A stretch of DNA of 51,542 nt. Origin: a virus. Taxonomy: Duplodnaviria > Caudoviricetes. A program made the position numbers and the translations under genes. The stretch spans positions 1 through 51,542 of the IMG/VR virus record IMGVR_UViG_3300017908_000107. One strand, written 5' to 3'. Each line of letters starts with the position of its first letter. Position 1 is the first letter of the stretch. The notes under the pieces were generated by a model that saw only the letters and a list, made by a program, of their open reading frames with translations, ran no database searches and had not been told where the DNA came from. Below, piece after piece: positions 44,197 to 51,542 of this stretch.

Positions 44197-45273
44197 ATGG
44201 CAACATATAATTTAAAGTACAATAAAGACGACTCTGTTATCAGACACATTATTGTCGGACTTCTAGCAGATCTAAATAGCAAGATGAGTTTCTATCGTCA
44301 AATTAGTAATGACGAGAGAGTAGAGGTAGATATACCTTTCTTCTATGCTGTTGGTGGAGATGAGAATTTTCTAAAAGATAATTTTCTTTTCTCTAACGTC
44401 AATGGCTTAGGCTGTGACCCAGACGGAGAGTTTGCAGATGGTAATTATGACAAAGTACCAAGAGGTATTGTAAACCTAACGTCTTTTACTGTCGATCCAT
44501 CTAAGCTAGTCAATAAAAGAAACTTAGGTCAGTATTCGAGATTAAACGAAGAAGGTCTAATGGAAGGCTATGTTGCTGAATTTGAGATGGTTCCTGTAGT
44601 AATTGGTGTAGACGTAGAAGTTTTAGTGTCAAGCCAATTAGATTTATTTAAAGTAACAGAAGCTATTGTGAAGAAAATGTACAAGGCTAATTTCTATCAT
44701 GTTGATGCAGGTCACCTAGAAGATGGTACTTACAGAATTTCATCTGAATATATGATGCCAGATGATTATACACAAGAGCGACCAGTCGAGTACTCATTCG
44801 ATGATAAACAAAATCATAAAGTAACATTTACTCTAGAGATTAATTCATTTGTACCTTCATTTGATTTTGAAGAAGATGTTTACAGAAAATTCACAAGAAC
44901 ATTCTATGCAAATGCAGTATGTGGAGATTATGGAGATCCAAATGGTTTCCTAGATCCTAGCATAACTCCTAATGTATATTATGATAGCTATGAACCTGCA
45001 AGATGGGAATCAAATGGTACTGAGTGGGTAAAAGTTGAAGTAGGTAAAGACTGCTCTCACCCAGATGTTGTTGGTACTTTAGGTAACGAACAGAGTACAG
45101 AATCTCAGATTAGAAGAATTAGTAGAAGAAGAAAACAGTCTAATAGAATGTTCACAATTGGTAACTCAGATCTAGTTAATCCAATTAATACAGAACAAGA
45201 TCAATCACTACTTGGAGACAACTACAAAGTCAAAGCCAAGAGGTTCCCATGGGGAGATAACATTGAAGAATAA
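44197..45273 (+). CDS. Tail sheath stabiliser/terminator, T4 gp15-like
   Basis: IRHIIVG, VDIPFFY, VPRG, FTVDPSK, VPV pattern of gp15-like proteins. Confidence 0.6.
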   Translation: MATYNLKYNKDDSVIRHIIVGLLADLNSKMSFYRQISNDERVEVDIPFFYAVGGDENFLKDNFLFSNVNGLGCDPDGEFADGNYDKVPRGIVNLTSFTVDPSKLVNKRNLGQYSRLNEEGLMEGYVAEFEMVPVVIGVDVEVLVSSQLDLFKVTEAIVKKMYKANFYHVDAGHLEDGTYRISSEYMMPDDYTQERPVEYSFDDKQNHKVTFTLEINSFVPSFDFEEDVYRKFTRTFYANAVCGDYGDPNGFLDPSITPNVYYDSYEPARWESNGTEWVKVEVGKDCSHPDVVGTLGNEQSTESQIRRISRRRKQSNRMFTIGNSDLVNPINTEQDQSLLGDNYKVKAKRFPWGDNIEE

Positions 45274-45280
45274 TTTGACT

Positions 45281-45288
45281 GATATATA
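45281..45288 (+). promoter_or_regulatory. Putative late promoter (GATATATA)
   Basis: Intergenic octamer before 45315. Confidence 0.6.
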
Positions 45289-45314
45289 GTATAAGAAAAC
45301 AAAAATAATTTGAA

Positions 45315-46499
45315 ATGACAAATTCAATAAACAAAGAAGTTGTATCGCCAATTCTAGAGCAAGGACAAGGTTATTTGTTCCATGCTGCAGGTGCCAACTT
45401 TAAAGTAACAGGTAGTCACATAGAGCAAGTTGCAGAAACAAATGATTTATTCAAAACATTAGTTGCAGCTGGTAAAACTTTTGAAATTACTAACGAAGGT
45501 ATTTCATTCCTATATGACTATAACAATAAACAAATACTTTCTAAAGTTGAAGAAGGTGCTTTATCTAACTTTGATAACTTAAATGAGTTAAAAGAGAAAG
45601 AAGATTTCTTACAAGCACAAGCTAAGGAATTAAGAATGTCTGGTTTAAAAGGACCAGCTTTATCCGAGGTTACTAAAGAATTAGTTTCAACTCAAACTAG
45701 AATCGAAGAGTCTAAGTCTTCGTCTATTGCTATCAATTTTAGATATGTAAAAGAATCAAACAAATTTTTTGCTGGTAATATCGAAGTAACATTAGGTAGC
45801 GAAGAGTCTTTAGCAGAAAGATTTTTCAATGTAGGTTACATTAAGTACCAAGACAAAACTCTCTTAGAGATGTTCCAAGTTGCAGCAAAAAACTTTGAAG
45901 CTTTTAAAGTATTAGACTTCTTAACTGAATCTAAGTCTGGTGGTATTACAGTTCTTTCAATGAGAGCAGAGAAAAATGTATTCGTTTACAGAGTTAACGA
46001 AGACACTAAACTATCTAAGTTCAAGCAAATGTTAGCAGATGCTGCTATTGAATTTGTTGCAGAAGAAACTGGTGCAGATGTTTCAGAACAATTCACCGAC
46101 TTATTAGAAGCTTCTTCTAGAATTACTGAAATGAGAAAAGAAAAGATTGCACTCTACAAAGAGATGTTATCATTCTTATATGACCAAAGAGGTAAATTAG
46201 CAGAAGCAGATAGAAATCTTCCAGATATTAAAGCTGCTGATAATCTAATTGAAACTGAAATCGCTAAGATTACAGAAGATCTTAATGAATTAGAAGATAA
46301 ATTAGATATTGAAGATGGTTATGTAAATGCTTCACTAAAATCAGAAGTAGATGGTTTACCAGAAGATGCTGAAATTAAAGTTGACGCTGTTGAATTTAAT
46401 CAAGCTGGTAAGAATGATATTCTAACAGTATTCTTTGAAGACAGACCATTCAGAGTAGAGAAGTACAAAATCAACATCTCACAAGAAGATAACGTATAA
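45315..46499 (+). CDS. Hypothetical late protein (394 aa) with coiled-coil segments
   Basis: Long ORF under a late motif; no recognised family. Confidence 0.6.
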   Translation: MTNSINKEVVSPILEQGQGYLFHAAGANFKVTGSHIEQVAETNDLFKTLVAAGKTFEITNEGISFLYDYNNKQILSKVEEGALSNFDNLNELKEKEDFLQAQAKELRMSGLKGPALSEVTKELVSTQTRIEESKSSSIAINFRYVKESNKFFAGNIEVTLGSEESLAERFFNVGYIKYQDKTLLEMFQVAAKNFEAFKVLDFLTESKSGGITVLSMRAEKNVFVYRVNEDTKLSKFKQMLADAAIEFVAEETGADVSEQFTDLLEASSRITEMRKEKIALYKEMLSFLYDQRGKLAEADRNLPDIKAADNLIETEIAKITEDLNELEDKLDIEDGYVNASLKSEVDGLPEDAEIKVDAVEFNQAGKNDILTVFFEDRPFRVEKYKINISQEDNV

Positions 46500-46525
46500 T
46501 CATACGGAATTCATTTATTATTTAG

Positions 46526-46565
46526 AAAAGCTCATTTCGAAACAAATGGGCTTTTTTTCATATAA
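46526..46565 (+). promoter_or_regulatory. Terminator hairpin overlapping middle promoter GAAAC-N17-TATAA for gp55
   Basis: aaaagctcattt-cgaaac-aaatgggctttt; GAAAC 46539-46543, TATAA 46561-46565. Confidence 0.65.
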
Positions 46566-46588
46566 TTGTTAATCAATTAGAAATAAAC

Positions 46589-46966
46589 GTGCCAAGAAAA
46601 AAGAATTACTTAAATAATCGAGATCTTTACGACCAGATTGTTTTGTCTTTAGAAGACGACAAGCTGACTAAAGATGCAGAAAAGATGCTAATCCTAATAG
46701 CCGAGAGAGCTATTAGAAAATTAGTGTATTTGAACGAAGATGATAAACACGACTGTTTACAATTCGCGATATTAGACTTGTTAAAGTATTGGAGGAATTT
46801 TAATCCAAAGTACACTAACGCTTTTGCATACTTTACGGAGATTGCAAAAAGAGGCTACGCGAAAGGATGGAATAAAATACATCCAACAAAATATAAGAAC
46901 ACAATGTCCATGGATCGTATAAATACTAGAAATGGTGACGGCGAGTCTGGTATGTTTAATATCTAA
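46589..46966 (+). CDS. Sigma factor for late transcription, T4 gp55-like (GTG start, 125 aa)
   Basis: NYLNNRDL, LIAE, NFNP...NAFAYFTEI. Confidence 0.85.
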   Translation: MPRKKNYLNNRDLYDQIVLSLEDDKLTKDAEKMLILIAERAIRKLVYLNEDDKHDCLQFAILDLLKYWRNFNPKYTNAFAYFTEIAKRGYAKGWNKIHPTKYKNTMSMDRINTRNGDGESGMFNI

Positions 46967-47439
46967 TGTCAATAAAAAACTTAAAACCCACTGGAAACTC
47001 AGGATTCGTACAAGGCTATTTTACCCCAGAAAACCCTGACAGATATATCGGACCAACTCCGATCATTTACCGTTCCTCGTGGGAAAGAAAGTTTATGATT
47101 ATGTGCGATACAAAAGATAATGTATTAAAATGGTCAAGTGAACCTGTTGCTATTAAATACAGGTCAACGATGGATAAAAGAGAACACACTTATTATCCTG
47201 ACTTCTATATGAAAACTAAGGGCGATGAAGGCCCGGTAGAGTGGTTGGTAGAGATTAAACCAGAAGCACAGATTAAAAAACCTAGACCACCTCTTAAGAA
47301 ATCACAAAAAGCACTCAAGTCCTACAAATTTTTAGCAGAGCAGTATATTAAGAATAGAGATAAATATGCTTATGCAAATGCTTGGTGTGAAAACAGAGGT
47401 TGGAGGTTTATTGTCCTAACAGAAAAAACTCTTAAGTAA
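46966..47439 (+). CDS. Head completion nuclease, T4 gp4-like
   Basis: P.NP..Y.G, IIYRSSWE, WSSE, YYPDF, VEIKP, LTEK. Confidence 0.9.
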   Translation: MSIKNLKPTGNSGFVQGYFTPENPDRYIGPTPIIYRSSWERKFMIMCDTKDNVLKWSSEPVAIKYRSTMDKREHTYYPDFYMKTKGDEGPVEWLVEIKPEAQIKKPRPPLKKSQKALKSYKFLAEQYIKNRDKYAYANAWCENRGWRFIVLTEKTLK

Positions 47440-48038
47440 TGGGTAAAGTAAGAAAGGACATAAGACTATTAAGTAAAGAAGCTGGCGGTAAAGTTAGAGC
47501 TAGACGTGATTCCGAAGCCTGGTTTGAAGCTAGTAAGAATGCTGTTAGAGAAAAAGCAGTCGGTAGAGATAGCCGACCTTTTGTACCTGGAAAAATATAT
47601 GTGTTCAGATATGATAATCCAGTATCAGCATATTGGTGGGACAGTAATCCAGTAGTATTGGCACTAGATCCGCCAGATGCTGGAGGTAACGATATGGGTA
47701 TTAACCTAAATATGTTACCGGTAAAAGTAAAAGAAGATCTGTTAGATTTTGTATACGACCAATATGAACAGTATATAAATGGACAGACCAGAGGTAACAA
47801 AGTAGAGAATGCTAGAGCACAAGGAGCACTTAGTTTAAGTTATCAAGGAGCTAAAGCTTTTTTACAGCGTTATGGTTTTGATTTTGCGATTAGACAATAT
47901 AAAAGAAATCGTAAAGCACAACAAGTGGTGGTATCTTATGAGAACTGGGCAAAAATAGTACTTTGTGACTTTATTGAGTTAAATAACTCGACGATTGGCC
48001 AGATTAGAGCAATGTTTAGAAACCACCTAAGAAACTAA
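47439..48038 (+). CDS. DNA end protector protein, T4 gp2-like
   Basis: PGKIYVFRYD, WWDSNPVVL, GINLNMLP, AIRQY; adjacent to gp4. Confidence 0.75.
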   Translation: MGKVRKDIRLLSKEAGGKVRARRDSEAWFEASKNAVREKAVGRDSRPFVPGKIYVFRYDNPVSAYWWDSNPVVLALDPPDAGGNDMGINLNMLPVKVKEDLLDFVYDQYEQYINGQTRGNKVENARAQGALSLSYQGAKAFLQRYGFDFAIRQYKRNRKAQQVVVSYENWAKIVLCDFIELNNSTIGQIRAMFRNHLRN

Positions 48039-48046
48039 GATATATA
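48039..48046 (+). promoter_or_regulatory. Putative late promoter (GATATATA)
   Basis: Intergenic octamer before portal gene. Confidence 0.65.
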
Positions 48047-48067
48047 AAACAGAAATAATAAGATATT

Positions 48068-49672
48068 ATGGCAGGTTTTACTGACAAACGAAACGGACCC
48101 CTATCTTCTAATAGAAGACCATTCAGCCTCTCAAACGCACTGAAGACGCTGAGTTCTTTTGGTATGCGTTATGATGATATGGTCCTAAGACAATCACAGG
48201 CTATTGGTCCAATGGAAGACCAATTCGGCTATAACCAAGTAAATGGTATTAATCCATTCGGTTTAGATAACGATGACATCTATGGTGCATTCGCCGCTCT
48301 ATCAATGAGCGACGTTAACATGAAGAAGAATGTACCTTTCTTTGATATTGATTATCCAGGTAAAAGAGACGAATTAAGAAGATTCTCATTAAACGATGAG
48401 GTAGAAGATATTCTAGATATACTTTGTGATGAGGCAATTGTATATGATGAAAAGAATTTCTTTGCACAACCTTCTATTATGGGTCTCGATGTATCTGATT
48501 CAGTAACTAAAGACCTTAACAAATACTTTAGACAAATTTATCACTACTTTGGTTTTAACGGTGAGCAATCAGCTTGGTACTTCTTTAGAAAATTCTTAGT
48601 AGATGGTTATCTAGCATTTGAGATTATCTACTCACCTGACCAAAAAGAAATAATCGGCTTTAAAGAGATTGACCCAATTACACTAATGCCTGGTTTTAAT
48701 AAAGACGACGGTAAGAAAGTTTGGATCCAGTATAAAGACGAACCTACAAAAGAAAGAGTTCTATATGACTCTCAGATTATTTACATTTCATATTCTTCCC
48801 TTTCAACTGCTTCAAGAGTTAGTTACGTTGAGAGACTAGTAAGATCTTTTAACTTACTAAGAATTATGGAACATACTAGAGTAGTATGGGCAGTAACCAA
48901 CGCTTCATTCAGAATGAAGTTTATTATTCCTGTTGGTGGTAAATCTAAAACAAGAGCAAAACAATCACTTGCTCAACTTATGAATAACTATAAAGAAGTC
49001 GTTGACTTTGACTTCGAGTCTGGTTCATTAACTACTGACGGTAAACCAATGTTACAATTCTCAAAAGAGTATTGGTTACCTTCTAAAGACGGTGAGCAAC
49101 CAGAGATTGAAACTCTTGGTGGTGAAGGACCAGATCTATCAGATACAGAAGCACTTAAATACTTCTCTGATAAATTAAAAGAGGTTTCAAAAATTCCTTA
49201 CAACAGATTCCTATATGAAGATGACGGTGGTGACTACGCCTTAGCAGGTGACGGTATGGTAAGAGATGAGATTAAGTTTGGTAAATTTATCAAGCGTCTA
49301 AGATCAGTCTTCCAAGAGATACTTGTAAAACCATTGTATATTCAAATGTGTCTTAAATATCCAGAATTTACAGACGATCCACAGTTTAAAACTCAGGTAG
49401 CTCTAAGATTCAATGAAGAGAATGTATTCGCAGAATTAAAAGAGCAAGAAATCATGCAGTTGAGATTAGACTTTATCTCAAGTATGAGAGATTCTCTAAT
49501 GACAACTAACCAAGAGACTATGGAAGAAGAATACTATTTCGATCAAGAGTACTTAGTTACTAAATATCTGAAATTAACAGACGATGAAATTAGAGCCAAC
49601 AAAGCCTATAAGGCTAAAGCGGCAAAAGATGATGCAGAAGAACCGGAACCAGAAGACCCGATGGCTCTTTAA
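48068..49672 (+). CDS. Portal vertex protein, T4 gp20-like
   Basis: DEAIV, FRKFLVDG, NLLRIME, EYWLP, IETLGG, RDEIKFGKFIKRLR. Confidence 0.92.
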   Translation: MAGFTDKRNGPLSSNRRPFSLSNALKTLSSFGMRYDDMVLRQSQAIGPMEDQFGYNQVNGINPFGLDNDDIYGAFAALSMSDVNMKKNVPFFDIDYPGKRDELRRFSLNDEVEDILDILCDEAIVYDEKNFFAQPSIMGLDVSDSVTKDLNKYFRQIYHYFGFNGEQSAWYFFRKFLVDGYLAFEIIYSPDQKEIIGFKEIDPITLMPGFNKDDGKKVWIQYKDEPTKERVLYDSQIIYISYSSLSTASRVSYVERLVRSFNLLRIMEHTRVVWAVTNASFRMKFIIPVGGKSKTRAKQSLAQLMNNYKEVVDFDFESGSLTTDGKPMLQFSKEYWLPSKDGEQPEIETLGGEGPDLSDTEALKYFSDKLKEVSKIPYNRFLYEDDGGDYALAGDGMVRDEIKFGKFIKRLRSVFQEILVKPLYIQMCLKYPEFTDDPQFKTQVALRFNEENVFAELKEQEIMQLRLDFISSMRDSLMTTNQETMEEEYYFDQEYLVTKYLKLTDDEIRANKAYKAKAAKDDAEEPEPEDPMAL

Positions 49673-49693
49673 CCTAGATTCTGTAGAAAAAGA

Positions 49694-49701
49694 GATATAT
49701 A
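49694..49701 (+). promoter_or_regulatory. Putative late promoter (GATATATA)
   Basis: Octamer 4 nt before ATG 49706. Confidence 0.6.
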
Positions 49702-49705
49702 AAAC

Positions 49706-50056
49706 ATGAAACAAGATTTTAAAATTTTCAAAACCTTTGAAGAGTTCGTTGGTGAAGATGCATTGAAAGCCGGCGAAGACTCAAAGATATATGTTCAGGA
49801 CCTTACATTAGATTCTGGTGCTACCATTAAATCAGCAGAAATTTTAGGTGCTATTACAGCATCTTCAACAGAGCAAGACTACAAAGATTATTTCTTTAGA
49901 GAGTATGGAAATGATGCTTTTGCTGAAGGAGAGATGGATATTCTAACAGCATATTTCCTTGACAAATCAGCCGAAGATGCTGAAGAAGAGAAGGAAGCTG
50001 AGAAAGAAGCAGATCAAGGAGAGGGCGAAGAAGAAGACCCACTGGCTGACATATAA
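49706..50056 (+). CDS. Small acidic prohead core/internal protein
   Basis: IFKTFEEFVGE targeting-like motif; sits between portal and protease, where T4 has core proteins gp67/gp68. Confidence 0.55.
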   Translation: MKQDFKIFKTFEEFVGEDALKAGEDSKIYVQDLTLDSGATIKSAEILGAITASSTEQDYKDYFFREYGNDAFAEGEMDILTAYFLDKSAEDAEEEKEAEKEADQGEGEEEDPLADI

Positions 50057-50087
50057 AAGATATTAGGATAATTGCATAATACAAGTA

Positions 50088-50095
50088 GATATATA
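50088..50095 (+). promoter_or_regulatory. Putative late promoter (GATATATA)
   Basis: Intergenic octamer before ATG 50119. Confidence 0.65.
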
Positions 50096-50118
50096 ATAAA
50101 AATAGATAAACCATAGAT

Positions 50119-51542
50119 ATGGCACATAAAAACGACTTATTGATTGTCGAAATGTCTTCGTCTCAGTTAACTGGTACAGTTTCTGAGAATAAAGAATACA
50201 TTCTAGAGGGTATCTTTGGAGAAATTGACTCCAAAAATAAAAATAATCGTATTTATACTGAAGATGAGTATTTACCTCAGATTCAGCAATTACAGGATAA
50301 GATTAAATCATCCAAGTTGTTAGGTGAGTTAGACCACCCACAACAATTTGATGTTTCCCTTAAAAATGTTTCCCACATTATCGAAGAACTTTTCTACGAC
50401 AAGGACAACAAACAGGTAAAAGGTAAAATCAGATTATTAGATACTGATGCAGGTAGACAAGCTAAAGCTCTTGTTGATGCTGGAGTACCTTTACAAATCT
50501 CTTCTAGAGCAGCTGGTGCTGTCGAATCAAACGGTAAAGTAAAAATTAAGCAATTATTTACTTATGACCTAGTAGCAGATCCTGGTTTTGCAAATGCAGA
50601 GCTAAAAAGAGTTAACGAGTCTTATGGCTTTGACAATGAGTCAGGTCTATGGATCTACGAAATGGACGCAAAAGCTCCAGAAGTAGAAAAAGAAATTACA
50701 GAAACCAATATAGAAACAAATAATAATAAAAACATGGCAGAATTTGTAAAAGCTGAAGATTTCCACAAGTATTCTGAGTACTTAGCTAACGAAATTAAAG
50801 GCATTAAAGAGTCTATCGGAGCTACAAGCGAAGATAACACGTTAGAGAATGTAAAGTCTCATAACGATCACATCGTCGAGCGCGTCAATACTCTCTCAGA
50901 ATATGTTGAGTATTTAGCTGGCAAATTAGACGAGTCAATACAGTATTCAGAGCATGTAGCTGAAAAAGCCGATCAAGGCATTTCATATACAGAATCTGTT
51001 GCTGAAAAATTAGATCAAGGTATTCAATACTCTGAGCATTTAGCTGAGGCTGTTGGTAAAGTTAAAGACTTTGCTAACTATTTAGCTGAACAGCACAATG
51101 AAGGTACTGAAACTTCTAAGAATCTATTATCTTATGTAGAATACTTAAAAGAGAATCTACAAAATGTATCTGAGTATGCAGAGTATATTGCAACTCAAAT
51201 CAACGAAGGTATGGTAAAAGAGGAAGAAGTTGAAGAAGAAGCTCATGGTGACGAAGAAGTTGAAGAAACTGAAGAAACTCCAGAAGTTACTGAAGAAGAA
51301 ACTCCAGAAACTAATGAAGAAGAAACTACTAACGAAGAGGAAGTAGAAGAAACTGAAGAAGTTGAGGAAACTGAAGAAGTAGCTGAAGAAGATGAAGCAG
51401 GTGAAGGTGCTGCAGAAGTAGCTGAAGAAGATGAGGCTGGTGAAGGTGCTGAAGAAGTAGTTGAAGACGAAGTTACTGAGGAAGAAGGTGAAGAGGTTGA
51501 AGAAACTGAAGAAGTTGAAGAAACTGAAGAAGTTGAAGAAAC
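50119..51542 (+). CDS. Prohead protease (T4 gp21-like) fused to scaffold domain; runs off the window; not in the ORF track
   Basis: My translation: YILEGIF, NKNNRIY, LGELDHP, VSH, ISSRAAG, YDLVADP, then no stop codon through helical repeats and a Glu-rich tract. Confidence 0.9.
   Translation, partial: MAHKNDLLIVEMSSSQLTGTVSENKEYILEGIFGEIDSKNKNNRIYTEDEYLPQIQQLQDKIKSSKLLGELDHPQQFDVSLKNVSHIIEELFYDKDNKQVKGKIRLLDTDAGRQAKALVDAGVPLQISSRAAGAVESNGKVKIKQLFTYDLVADPGFANAELKRVNESYGFDNESGLWIYEMDAKAPEVEKEITETNIETNNNKNMAEFVKAEDFHKYSEYLANEIKGIKESIGATSEDNTLENVKSHNDHIVERVNTLSEYVEYLAGKLDESIQYSEHVAEKADQGISYTESVAEKLDQGIQYSEHLAEAVGKVKDFANYLAEQHNEGTETSKNLLSYVEYLKENLQNVSEYAEYIATQINEGMVKEEEVEEEAHGDEEVEETEETPEVTEEETPETNEEETTNEEEVEETEEVEETEEVAEEDEAGEGAAEVAEEDEAGEGAEEVVEDEVTEEEGEEVEETEEVEETEEVEE
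50902..51110 (+). repeat. 14-residue helical repeat in the scaffold domain
   Basis: YVEYLAGKLDESIQ / YSEHVAEKADQGIS / YTESVAEKLDQGIQ / YSEHLAEAVGKVKD / FANYLAEQHNEGTE. Confidence 0.75.

Noticed and set aside
46966-47439. TnsA-like nuclease as Tn7 transposon
   Set aside because: Context between gp55, gp2 and portal identifies it as gp4 head completion protein; no other Tn7 genes
2955-50840. Many minus-strand and alternate-frame ORFs in the track (e.g. 2955-3236, 4899-5288, 11037-11282, 13899-14204, 18727-19065, 23347-23712, 32395-32745, 43521-43829, 47432-47800, 50655-50840)
   Set aside because: They lie inside well-supported + strand genes, have Ser/Leu/Phe-rich shadow composition and no promoter or motif support
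51200-51542. Repetitive GAAGAA-rich DNA as tandem array or CRISPR
   Set aside because: It is in-frame Glu-rich coding sequence of the scaffold; no constant repeat with unique spacers
1-51542. Stop-codon reassignment as seen in some Bacteroidota phages
   Set aside because: Core genes are full length in the standard code and coding density is already near complete

Overview
The window is a 51.5 kb, AT-rich, densely coding, almost entirely + strand segment of a large T4-like (jumbo-type) myophage read in the standard genetic code. A Bacteroidota (flavobacterial) host is inferred from A-rich translation starts without Shine-Dalgarno sites, TAnnTTAG promoter boxes and a Bacteroidota-style outer-membrane protein. 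From left to right: tail/structural genes, a RuvC-like nuclease, a small leftward early operon, then gp32, primase, UvsY and UvsW. A ~9 kb block of probable head-packaged internal proteins follows, carrying T4-like capsid-targeting motifs, two ligase-fold domains and a HIGH nucleotidyltransferase. Next come an ArfA-like mini-gene, a metallophosphoesterase and a putative DNA base-hypermodification operon (DUF6378, SGNH-like protein, amino acid:DNA transferase-like protein, PLP enzyme, dimeric dUTPase/dCTPase). A family B DNA polymerase is split into two genes flanking nrdB, nrdA, an OMP and a probable clamp. The right end holds UvsX, a 2OG oxygenase, gp41, gp47/gp46, a gp15-like gene, gp55, gp4, gp2, portal gp20 and a prohead protease fused to a scaffold that runs off the window. 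Three distinct promoter motifs can be read directly from the intergenic DNA. No tRNA, rRNA, CRISPR array, intron or intein was recognised. All family assignments come from motif recognition by eye, not database searches.
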